From an uncultured Candidatus Saccharibacteria bacterium (GTDB lineage Bacteria > Patescibacteriota > Doudnabacteria > UBA920): a stretch of 64,000 bases of DNA. Below are positions 36,385-45,258 of the stretch, piece after piece; within the stretch, counting starts at the first letter, position 1, and every line of letters starts with the position of its first letter. Position numbers and translations under genes: made by a program. The notes under the pieces were generated by a model. That model searched no databases, was not told the origin of the DNA, and was given only the letters and a program-made list of their open reading frames with translations. The stretch lies in contig CAYQEU010000001.1 of NCBI GenBank assembly GCA_964416765.1, positions 617,208 to 681,207 of the forward strand. Reading direction: 5' to 3'.

Positions 36385-37892
36385 AGTACATAGATACTTT
36401 CCTCAACTCCATTACCATGTACCGGTTGGTCATGTGGGGTCTGGCCCTCGTTAACCTGTTGGCCATATTTTTCGGGTTCATTCACGTCATAGATTACGGC
36501 GGCTGGCAGATGCTCATCTCGTGGACGGTGCTTATGGCGGCCTGCTGGATTAGCAACACAATATTCGCCCGGGTACTCGGGATCCCAGAAAATATTGAAT
36601 CTTCTTTCATTACCGCTTTTATTCTCTTTTTCATACTGCCGCCGCCAGCCACAGCGGTAGATGGCGCCCTTCTAGTCGCCGCAGCCATTGCGGCCATGCT
36701 AAGCAAATACTTCATCAACATTAAGGGAAAACACATTTTTAACCCGGCCGCCTTTGGCGCGGTAGTGATAAGCCTGTCAGGGATGGGGGCCGTAAGCTGG
36801 TGGGTCGGAACACCCAGCCTCCTCATTCCAATCGCGATACTTGGGCTGCTCATGGTCCGAAAAATTCGTTGGTCATGGTTATTTTTCTCCTTCATCATTG
36901 CGGGTACTGTTTCTGTTTTTGCCAACTACTTACTGCGGGGGGTTGATTTTTACGAAATCATAAGAAGCACATATTTCTCGGGGCCTATTATATTCTTCGG
37001 AGCAATTATGTTGACCGAACCCATGACCACCCCGCCTACCCGAAAGCTCCAAATCATTTATGGGGTCATCGTGGGCGTGCTATATGGAACGCCTTTTCAC
37101 TTTGGGCCAATATCCAACAATCCCCAACTCACTTTGGTCTTGGGTAATATCTACTCCTACCTGGTCAGCCCAAAAGAACGGTTAATCTTAAAATTGAAAG
37201 AAAAAATTCAGTTAGCACCTTTAATTTATGATTTTGTATTCAGTCCAAACTACGCGCTTAAATTTATTCCTGGCCAGTACTTGGAATGGACGGTTGACCC
37301 GGCGGGTGCGGACACGCGCGGAAACCGTCGTTACTTTAGCCTGGCTTCAGCGCCTTCGGATGAGGAAATTCGTATCGGTGTAAAAATCCCGGGAAAATCC
37401 AGCACCTTTAAACAGAAACTTCTGGGGATGAAGCCGGGGGACCAAATTCTGGGCGGCCGTTTGGCGGGAGACTTTAGCCTACCTCAACGCCAGCAGGACA
37501 TTCCAATAGTGGGAATTGCCGGTGGGATTGGCATTACCCCGTTCCGCAGTATCATTAAAAACGCCGTTAACCAGAATACCAAACTAAACTTAGTTTTATT
37601 TTATTCAGCAGCAGATCCCGGCGAATTCGTGTATAAGGACCTGTTGGAAGAAGCTAAACAGATTGGGGTAAAAACTATTTTTATGGTTTCCGGCAAGGAA
37701 GCACCTTCGGGTTGGACGGGCAAAGTCGGCTATATTACACCCGAACTAATCAAACAGGAAGTCCCAGGGTGGGATAAACGGCATTATTATCTTTCCGGCC
37801 CTAACGCCATGGTGGACAACTATAAGCGATTACTTTCCGAATTAAGTATTTCAAAAATTCAAATTCACTCGGACTATTTTCCGGGATACTAA
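36381..37892 (+). CDS. Membrane oxidoreductase: NqrB/RnfD-like polytopic N-domain fused to FNR-like FAD/NAD(P)-binding C-domain
   Basis: GKHIFNPAAFG (NqrB/RnfD FNPA motif) in the membrane domain. C-terminal RRYFSLAS (RxYS FAD motif) and GIAGGIGITPF NAD(P)-binding motif. ATGA overlap with apbE. Confidence 0.7.
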   Translation: MKYIDTFLNSITMYRLVMWGLALVNLLAIFFGFIHVIDYGGWQMLISWTVLMAACWISNTIFARVLGIPENIESSFITAFILFFILPPPATAVDGALLVAAAIAAMLSKYFINIKGKHIFNPAAFGAVVISLSGMGAVSWWVGTPSLLIPIAILGLLMVRKIRWSWLFFSFIIAGTVSVFANYLLRGVDFYEIIRSTYFSGPIIFFGAIMLTEPMTTPPTRKLQIIYGVIVGVLYGTPFHFGPISNNPQLTLVLGNIYSYLVSPKERLILKLKEKIQLAPLIYDFVFSPNYALKFIPGQYLEWTVDPAGADTRGNRRYFSLASAPSDEEIRIGVKIPGKSSTFKQKLLGMKPGDQILGGRLAGDFSLPQRQQDIPIVGIAGGIGITPFRSIIKNAVNQNTKLNLVLFYSAADPGEFVYKDLLEEAKQIGVKTIFMVSGKEAPSGWTGKVGYITPELIKQEVPGWDKRHYYLSGPNAMVDNYKRLLSELSISKIQIHSDYFPGY

Positions 37893-37898
37893 CAAAAA

Positions 37899-39311
37899 AT
37901 GAAAATAAAATTTTACGGCGCCGATCAGGAAGTCACTGGCTCCAAACACTTAATCACTGTTCACAACTTTAACCTTTTGCTCGATTGCGGACTTTACCAG
38001 GGAGTTCCCCACGAACAATACGCGATAGCTAACAAACTGCCTTTTGATGCCCGAGATATTGGTGCCTGCGTTTTATCGCACGCGCACATTGACCATTGTG
38101 GCATGCTCCCTCTGTTGGTAAAGGAGGGTTTTCACGGCAACATTTACGCCACCACCGCGACCTGCGATATTTCCCGTTACCTCATGGTGGATGCCGCCAA
38201 AATTCAGGAGCACGACGCCATAAACAGGAACGACCGTATGGGGCCCGGTGAAGACCCGGTCTACCCATTGTTCACCGTAGAGGACGTGGAAGCCGTAATC
38301 CCTCACTTTAAGACCACCCCTTATTTCCACCAAAACAAGCAGTGGCAGCAAATTGCCCCCGGCGTAAAATTAAAATTTTATGACGCGGGACACGTCCTGG
38401 GCTCTGCCATTACCGTACTTGAACTATCTGAAAACGGCCGCACCGCTTATGTCGCCTATACGGGCGATATAGGCCAGCAAGTTGCTCCCATTTTGCCCCC
38501 TCCCGAACTTATCAGCGAGCCCGTGGAAACTCTGATCATGGAATGTACCTACGGTGACAAAACCCACGCCAGCCTTAAACGCACGCTCGAAGAGCTTGAG
38601 GAAGTCATCACCCGCACTTACGAACGTGGAGGCAAGCTGATTGTCCCAGCGTTCTCTCTTGGACGCACCCAGTCGCTAATCTACCTTCTGCACCAACTGT
38701 CAAAGCAGGGCAAACTGCCAAATCAAAAAATTTACATTGACAGCCCTCTAGCCGAAAAGCTTTTGGACGTTTACGTCCACCATCCGGAAGATTATGACAA
38801 AGAAACCTGGGAAGATTTTCCAAAGTCCATGAAGGAACCGCCTTTTGACTTCCCTAACCTGGTTTTGGTTCAAACAACAGACGAATCAAAACAGCTCAAC
38901 GACCTGGAAGGCCCAGCAATTATCATAGCGGCTTCCGGTATGATAGAAGGCGGACGCATTATGCACCATGTCGCCCACCATGCCAGCGATCCGGATAACA
39001 CAATAATGTTTTGCGGCTACCAGGCCGAACATACCACCGGTAGGAAAATCCAGGATGGTGTGAGCCCGGTACGGATCCATGGCCATGAAATCCGCGTGAA
39101 CGCCGAGCGTGTTAGTCTGTCAGGGCTATCAGCCCACGCTGACCGTGACGAGCTGCTGGCTTACGTGGGAAGCCTGGAAAAGACGCTCAGACGCGTGTAT
39201 CTTGTCCATACCGAGTTACCCCAGGCCACGGCCTTTAAAGCCCTGCTATACGACCGTTACCCGCATCTGGACGTCATTATACCGAAGTACGAAGAAGAAA
39301 TGCCGCTATAA
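37899..39311 (+). CDS. MBL-fold beta-CASP family ribonuclease (RNase J / CPSF-like)
   Basis: HAHIDHCG (HxHxDH) motif, beta-CASP region, C-terminal RNA-metabolising MBL domain. 470 aa. Confidence 0.8.
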   Translation: MKIKFYGADQEVTGSKHLITVHNFNLLLDCGLYQGVPHEQYAIANKLPFDARDIGACVLSHAHIDHCGMLPLLVKEGFHGNIYATTATCDISRYLMVDAAKIQEHDAINRNDRMGPGEDPVYPLFTVEDVEAVIPHFKTTPYFHQNKQWQQIAPGVKLKFYDAGHVLGSAITVLELSENGRTAYVAYTGDIGQQVAPILPPPELISEPVETLIMECTYGDKTHASLKRTLEELEEVITRTYERGGKLIVPAFSLGRTQSLIYLLHQLSKQGKLPNQKIYIDSPLAEKLLDVYVHHPEDYDKETWEDFPKSMKEPPFDFPNLVLVQTTDESKQLNDLEGPAIIIAASGMIEGGRIMHHVAHHASDPDNTIMFCGYQAEHTTGRKIQDGVSPVRIHGHEIRVNAERVSLSGLSAHADRDELLAYVGSLEKTLRRVYLVHTELPQATAFKALLYDRYPHLDVIIPKYEEEMPL

Positions 39312-39322
39312 TCGCTCAAATC

Positions 39323-39355
39323 AAAATCCCCGCTGCAGAAGGCGGGGATTTTTTC
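39323..39355. terminator. Bidirectional rho-independent terminator
   Basis: aaaatccccgc ... gcggggatttttt between convergent genes. Confidence 0.85.
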
Positions 39356-39359
39356 AGCT

Positions 39360-42300
39360 TTATTGGTTGATTTGAATGTCGGCCGCTGGACCCAGGCCGA
39401 AGTCGGCTGGACTTTCCAGCGAAGTAATTACCGTCGGATCGGCATGGAATGTGCCAACCCCAACTACCCGGGCAAAGTACACGACGCGCATGGCGCTTGC
39501 CGCAGGACACTTCGGACTCACCGATGTCCCAATAGTAAACTTGATCTTACGTCCATCGACAATGTCAGGATAATTGAATAGCGGATTACATGGATCCTGG
39601 TTTCCTGGAATATACGTATTCTGGATGTCAAAGTAATACGTTGGAGTTATCGGCATCAGCCCAGCTGGGGTTACATCAGTAAGGGTAAATACTTTACTGA
39701 TCCCAACCGCGGTCTTGGGCTGGACTGAAATGGAAACTTTTACCAGATCGCCGTCCTTAAAGGTATTGGTGGTTTTACCATTAACCGAATACGTCCTTTG
39801 GATTGGAATGTTTAAGGTTGGTTTAGTTGAACTGTCAGCCGGTCCTTCATACCAGGTCAGCAACTGCAAGTCCCCGCTTACACCGCTGAATTCCAGTGAA
39901 GACAACTCGCTCGAAAGCAGTTCAAGGTTAAACCGGTTGCCGTTCTTTAATTCAACCGTACCGCTCCGCTGGTTGGTCTTGTAGCTGAATTTCCCGTTCT
40001 CGTGAGGGGCATAAGACAGCGCGGATTTGATAATGAAAGCTTCTTCCAGCGCCGCGGTGTCTTTTTTAGGCTCATGGGAATTGAGATATTCCACAATCTG
40101 GTCGCGGTCTGTGGGGTAGTTAAGCTGGGCCGCGAGCATGCCAGCCAAAGCGGTCAGCTTGCTCTGGCGGGTTTCATCTGGATCGGCAATATAGAGCTGG
40201 CCGTTATCGGCAGTCAATTTTGGCTTAACCTGTTCACTGTAAATTTTGCGCGCGCTTTCCTTGTCGCCGATTACGCCCAAAGCGTTAGCCACGAACATCT
40301 TGTCTTCCAAATCCAATGCCGGTTCGTCTTTAAAGAGCTGGAGTTTGTTAAGGACCGGTTCTTTGTAAGCCGCGAGTCCCAACAATGCTTGTGATATGCG
40401 GTGAGCATCCGCTTTCTGGTCTTTCAGTGATTTATTGAAGTAGAAAACCATGTCGGACTTTGGCAAGCTCTCCGGCACCAAAGCGGCGCCCAAAGCAGAG
40501 ACTTTCAGGTCACTGCTACTGTAAGGGAACAGGCTCATGCCCACCGGGTCAACCCGGTTATCGTCGGTTTTAACCTGGAATATGGAAGCGTCGAAATGAG
40601 GAGCATCACCCGGCATGCCAAATTGGTCATGCAAGACAGACTGCGCGTAAAAACTGGCCGCGCGTTGGTCAAACCTGGTTCCACCCTGCCACGCCAGCCA
40701 GCTGGCGGCACGGAACTGGGAACCTCGCCCTTTATCAGTGACTACAACCTGTGTTAAGCCATTAGCGTTTCCTGGAACGTTCTTGGTATCACCATTTAGG
40801 GTAGATGCGGAAGTCTTCGGGACTGATAAAGCCGAATCCAATACGGTCACGTTACGCTGTAAGTCATCGCTTAGGTTTCCCTGCTGGACTTTTACTTCCA
40901 CGGGATATACACCACTGGAAAGTTTACCTACCGGGACATAGGTAGTATTGCCTTTTATGTCCTGCTCATACTTCAGGTTAATCTGTGGAGCGGATACGGT
41001 AACATGGGCGGGCTTGTTTGGGTCATAGTCTCGCCCGAACACGCGCACGCGGAATTGGGGCTGGTCGCCCTTGTTGTAAGTCTGACCCAAGGTTACATCG
41101 GCAAACAGGGGCAAGCTGGTTGAGATATGGGATAGGGAGTCGCCCGCTTTGATGGCTTTCGGATCGAATGCCTCAGTTGTAATGCGCCAAGAAGTTAAGT
41201 TGTCCGGCAGCTTAAAGCTAAAGCTGGCCTGGCCTCCGCTCAAGTCAGCGCTGCGCGCCAACACGGTGTCCTGGAACTTCACGCGCGGGGTGCCCGCACC
41301 GCCGCCTCCACCACCGCCATCACCATTTCGCCCAGCATACTGGGTTAGTGATACGGCAGGGGTTTCGGTAACGTCTTTGTACAGGTCCACGAGAGTGTTC
41401 GCCGACGGTTCGTACCCGTTCGCGTCGAACACCGCCTGGTCGACCACGTACATATGCACAGTACCGGACGCCGATTTGTTGGAAGCGTCGGTCGCTTTAA
41501 CGGTTGCGTTAACGGTTTCGCCGGGGCGGTACTGGTCCTTATCGGTTTTCACTTCAACCTTCAGCTGCTGGGGCTTGATGTCCTGGGAAACAAACACGCT
41601 GTTTGTTTCTTCAAAACCAACTGGACCCAACACCACCGCCCGGTAGGCAATCCCCGGGCTCATTGGCTGGGAGAAAGTATCGCCGAAAGTCAGCGAGTCG
41701 GAGCTCGATGCTTTGAGGATGTCACGCTGGTACGCGTAGTACAAAATTTTCGTCGGTTTAGATTTGGTTGCGCGCTCCTGGTTGCCAAAAGTAACATTCA
41801 TTTGGAAGTTGTCGCCAACGTTAACCGGGCGCGGGTTGTCCCCTCCGGACAAGGTCAGGGTTGGCTGCAGGCCATATGGATCGGGGTTTCCGCCATTGTA
41901 GAAGCTGGTACCAGCTGAAGTGTAGTAACCCAGGGCGCGGGCAATCTTGCCATCGCCATCGGCCGCTTCCAGCAACAGGGAATAACTGACATTCTCCTCA
42001 ACGGGATATTTCTTGTCGAATTTCCACTGGCCGCCTTTATCGGTACTGCCTGAGAACGTTTCTATGATCTGGTCGGACTTGTCATAAGTGAAAACCGGAC
42101 GGGTGACCTTGTCTATATAATCATAGTATTCACCGGTCTGGCGCGGGGTATAAGTAGTTTTCTTTACGGATACGGTAACCTTTTGATTAACCGCGGGCGG
42201 TGCCTGCTGGTAAACCGGGTCACGGTAGCTATCCGTGTTTTGCTCAAATAAGTTAGTGCTTAATGCACGAGCCGTTACCGTGTAATGGTTGGTTCCTTCC

Positions 42301-44492
42301 TGGGCGGGCTGGTCCTCGAGCGACAAGGAAACCTTAGGGCCGATTATAGTGACATTAGTTGTCGCGGTAATAAAGGCTTCTTCCGCCCGTGCCGGAGTCA
42401 GGGACACGTAGAACCCGCGGGGCCAATAGGCCATGTTTTCGGGGGTGTCTTGGTGGTATGGAAGCTTAACCTTGAATGTCGCTTCACCGGCGCTATTGGT
42501 GGTAACGGTTCCTTCCATGTTGGTGTCGAAGTAACCGCTGTACTTCAAGGTTAGGTTTGGCAGCGGGGTGCCGTCATAAAACTTCGCCGCGACATGGTAA
42601 ACAATATCTTGATCGGTATAGTAGGCTTTCTTGTCAGTGGTTACGGACAATTGGTAGGAAGGTTTGCTGTAGTCGGTAACATTAACCGTATTCTGGCTAA
42701 CTAACTTGCCATCAGCGATGGCCATGATGGTATAGGTATCAGCCGGGAGTCCCGCGAAATCAATCTTCGCTTCGTAGGTGTACATACTGGATACTGGCAC
42801 TTCAGTCGAAGTGACAGGCTGTTTGTCGGTTGGAAGGGCCACGTTACTGCTGGAGTAGGGGCTAAACACCCAGCCGCGGTAAAGGTAAACCTTAACCTTG
42901 CCGGAAGTTTTGATGTCATCACGGGGCTTGGCAATCCCCCAAAACTGGATGGAGTCGGTTGGCTGGTAAAGCGGACGGTCAACCGTGAGGTGCTCCCAGT
43001 ACAGGCTGCCTTCCCGGATGGTGTTCTGGTAGTAGTTTTGGTTGCCCTGTATAACATAGTAAGTTTGGTACCCCTGCGCTTTTACCTGGGTGATGTTAGG
43101 GGCCGCGCCAGCATAGCCACTGCTATCGGTCTGGTGGCGGAATTCTTGCGGAGTGTTAAATTGTGCCAACCCATCGCTGTTGGTGGCCCCCAGCACGCGG
43201 CCGTCGGTCATTTGCAGTGAAACATCCCCTAGCGGTTTTTTCTTATTGAAATCGTAAAGCCAGACCAAACTGCGGTTATAGCTGAATGAAGCGTAGTGTG
43301 CCAACGGGGTTTTTTGGAACCAGACATAAGAATGCTGGGTGCCTGTAGTGGCATCGAGTAAGTAATAACCATCGTCCATGTCCTGAGGTACTTCCGAATA
43401 GGTCTGGTATTCAACTCCCTGAAACACCATGTCATAATCCAAAACTTTACGCGCGCCGTTTATCGATTTCGGCTTGCGCATGGCGTTATAGTACGACCAG
43501 TCAAACTTCCAGTTATCGCTGTCGCGATAGCTGGCAATAAAGTTTTCGCCGCTATCAAACTTATATATAGTGGCCTTGGCTTTTTCGGTTTGATTTACGT
43601 TGGCCTGGAAAACAGGGCGCTTCTGGTAAACATCAGCAAAATCACTCGTGAAGTAAACGCCGCTGTCTTTTGGTCCGTTTTGGCGGGAGGTTTCAAAGCT
43701 AAAGACATAGTCTTTAGCCAGGGTTTCACCGGTAGCGGAAGCTTTCAGTCCTTGCTTTAAGGTGACAGTGTAGACTTTGCCTTCGGCCAAAGCCTGCGCC
43801 GGCTTGAAAATCAAAGTAGCCCCATGCTGTTCAAAGCTCCCCTTTACAGCAGGTTCGATGCTAAAGAACTGATCAGGGTTTTCCACCCCTTCGCGGTTGA
43901 AGTTGATCTCAATCCCGGTGTTAACCGGTACCTCATGGCCGTGGTTAGCAGGCACGCTTTCCAATACTTGGAAATCAGCCTTAATCTGGTAAGCCCAGGA
44001 ATAGTCATGGTCGCCGGGGCCTTCCGCGATGCTAACTGTGTAAATCTGATTTTGCGCCAACGGCCCTTTCGGCACCAGGCGATAACGGTTGTCTCCGGCT
44101 CCCTCTACGGAGTAGTCAACTTCGGGATCAAACTTCACAATCTGGTGTACCTGATACACGGACAGTTTGGCCGAGCTCTTCAAAATAAAGCCGGAACCCG
44201 GTTCAACGCCGGCCGGGCCGGACTGTTCCGCGGTCAATTCAAATGAGGCGTGCGCCAGCGGCACTTTGTAGTATTGGAAGTAGAAGAAGCTGCCGGCAAT
44301 AAGAATCAAGACCAAAGCGGGAACGGCAAACTTCAGCCAGGTGGCAATGTGGCGGCGGCCAGTCGCGCCGGAAGCGCCGGCAAACCCTGGAGCCGATGAC
44401 GGCTTTTCCGCAATGCGCAAAACCTGGTCGCGTAAAGTAAACGGCGCCTTTTCCTTTTGAAACTTATTAAAGATTTTGTCGATTATATCCAT
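39360..44492 (-). CDS. Giant (1710 aa) membrane-anchored alpha-2-macroglobulin-like (MG-domain) protein. The thioester motif is not seen. The short cytoplasmic N-terminus plus TM are anti-sigma-like.
   Basis: A2M-family signature PRVKFQDTVLAR...FKLPDNLTSWRITTEAFD (compare R.DFPETWLW...VPDSITTWR). 50-aa N-terminal cytoplasmic segment then TM (WLKFAVPALVLILIAGSFFYF). Starts 9 nt downstream of the ECF sigma gene. No CxEQ found. Confidence 0.7.
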   Translation of the reverse strand: MDIIDKIFNKFQKEKAPFTLRDQVLRIAEKPSSAPGFAGASGATGRRHIATWLKFAVPALVLILIAGSFFYFQYYKVPLAHASFELTAEQSGPAGVEPGSGFILKSSAKLSVYQVHQIVKFDPEVDYSVEGAGDNRYRLVPKGPLAQNQIYTVSIAEGPGDHDYSWAYQIKADFQVLESVPANHGHEVPVNTGIEINFNREGVENPDQFFSIEPAVKGSFEQHGATLIFKPAQALAEGKVYTVTLKQGLKASATGETLAKDYVFSFETSRQNGPKDSGVYFTSDFADVYQKRPVFQANVNQTEKAKATIYKFDSGENFIASYRDSDNWKFDWSYYNAMRKPKSINGARKVLDYDMVFQGVEYQTYSEVPQDMDDGYYLLDATTGTQHSYVWFQKTPLAHYASFSYNRSLVWLYDFNKKKPLGDVSLQMTDGRVLGATNSDGLAQFNTPQEFRHQTDSSGYAGAAPNITQVKAQGYQTYYVIQGNQNYYQNTIREGSLYWEHLTVDRPLYQPTDSIQFWGIAKPRDDIKTSGKVKVYLYRGWVFSPYSSSNVALPTDKQPVTSTEVPVSSMYTYEAKIDFAGLPADTYTIMAIADGKLVSQNTVNVTDYSKPSYQLSVTTDKKAYYTDQDIVYHVAAKFYDGTPLPNLTLKYSGYFDTNMEGTVTTNSAGEATFKVKLPYHQDTPENMAYWPRGFYVSLTPARAEEAFITATTNVTIIGPKVSLSLEDQPAQEGTNHYTVTARALSTNLFEQNTDSYRDPVYQQAPPAVNQKVTVSVKKTTYTPRQTGEYYDYIDKVTRPVFTYDKSDQIIETFSGSTDKGGQWKFDKKYPVEENVSYSLLLEAADGDGKIARALGYYTSAGTSFYNGGNPDPYGLQPTLTLSGGDNPRPVNVGDNFQMNVTFGNQERATKSKPTKILYYAYQRDILKASSSDSLTFGDTFSQPMSPGIAYRAVVLGPVGFEETNSVFVSQDIKPQQLKVEVKTDKDQYRPGETVNATVKATDASNKSASGTVHMYVVDQAVFDANGYEPSANTLVDLYKDVTETPAVSLTQYAGRNGDGGGGGGGAGTPRVKFQDTVLARSADLSGGQASFSFKLPDNLTSWRITTEAFDPKAIKAGDSLSHISTSLPLFADVTLGQTYNKGDQPQFRVRVFGRDYDPNKPAHVTVSAPQINLKYEQDIKGNTTYVPVGKLSSGVYPVEVKVQQGNLSDDLQRNVTVLDSALSVPKTSASTLNGDTKNVPGNANGLTQVVVTDKGRGSQFRAASWLAWQGGTRFDQRAASFYAQSVLHDQFGMPGDAPHFDASIFQVKTDDNRVDPVGMSLFPYSSSDLKVSALGAALVPESLPKSDMVFYFNKSLKDQKADAHRISQALLGLAAYKEPVLNKLQLFKDEPALDLEDKMFVANALGVIGDKESARKIYSEQVKPKLTADNGQLYIADPDETRQSKLTALAGMLAAQLNYPTDRDQIVEYLNSHEPKKDTAALEEAFIIKSALSYAPHENGKFSYKTNQRSGTVELKNGNRFNLELLSSELSSLEFSGVSGDLQLLTWYEGPADSSTKPTLNIPIQRTYSVNGKTTNTFKDGDLVKVSISVQPKTAVGISKVFTLTDVTPAGLMPITPTYYFDIQNTYIPGNQDPCNPLFNYPDIVDGRKIKFTIGTSVSPKCPAASAMRVVYFARVVGVGTFHADPTVITSLESPADFGLGPAADIQINQ

Positions 44493-44500
44493 ATACCTAT

Positions 44501-45031
44501 TTATACAGCTTCAATATTAGCGGTCTGCGGCAGCGCTTTGAACAACATTGTCTTGCCGCGGTAAAAATTGCTTTTGGCGGTGTTGGGAGAAATGTCCAGT
44601 ACCTCGCCGATCTGCTCAAAAGTCATGTCCTCAAAATATTTCAGTACCATAACTTCACTATATTGGGGTGGGAGGTTACTTATTTCACGCTTCACCTGGT
44701 CCAAAAGTTCCGAATTGTCCAGTTGGGTTTCGATTGCGGGCAGGTCGGCCGGGACATCAAAGGTTTCGTCGTCTTCCACCAGGGAAGAAAAGGCGGTAGC
44801 TTTCTTGCGCTTGATGTGATCCAGGCAGTTATTCCGCGCCACTTTAAAAAGCCAGGGTTTTACCGGCTTGGACATATCGAGCTTGGTCATGTTGTGGTAA
44901 AAGCTCAAAAAGGTTTTTTGTACGATATCATCCGCTTCATCAGCGTCAAAAAGCATATATTTGGCGAAGTTGTAAATTTCGTCTATATGCGCGTTCACGA
45001 TATCGGTGTATGCCTGTTCTTGTCGATCCAT
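44501..45031 (-). CDS. ECF-type RNA polymerase sigma factor
   Basis: Region 2 (DIVQKTFLSFYHNMTKL...PWLFKVARNNCLDHIKRKK) and region 4 (MTFEQIGEVLDISPNTAKSNFYRGKTML). Confidence 0.85.
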   Translation of the reverse strand: MDRQEQAYTDIVNAHIDEIYNFAKYMLFDADEADDIVQKTFLSFYHNMTKLDMSKPVKPWLFKVARNNCLDHIKRKKATAFSSLVEDDETFDVPADLPAIETQLDNSELLDQVKREISNLPPQYSEVMVLKYFEDMTFEQIGEVLDISPNTAKSNFYRGKTMLFKALPQTANIEAV

Positions 45032-45258
45032 GTACGGAGGTTAGCCACTAATCTGTTAGTTCTATTATATCACGCCATCTTTAAATGTAGCGCAAAATAA
45101 AGGCGATTTTCGTCTATGAGTACCACGACCACCCGAGCCAAAAAGTTTCATAAATCCTTCATATTTCACATATGATATATAATTTGACAAAACCGCCCGA
45201 AAGACATAAAATTCAGCTGAATTTAGCCCATGCTATATATCATATAAGTAATATCACT

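Noticed and set aside
39360-44492. Thioester-mediated protease trapping by the A2M-like protein
   Set aside because: No CxEQ thioester motif was found by eye. Only the A2M/MG-domain signature is claimed, and covalent trapping is not asserted.
45172-45258. Longer MurA start at 45172
   Set aside because: It adds 29 residues with no homology ahead of the HTH. Kept only as an alternative, since neither start has a clear RBS.
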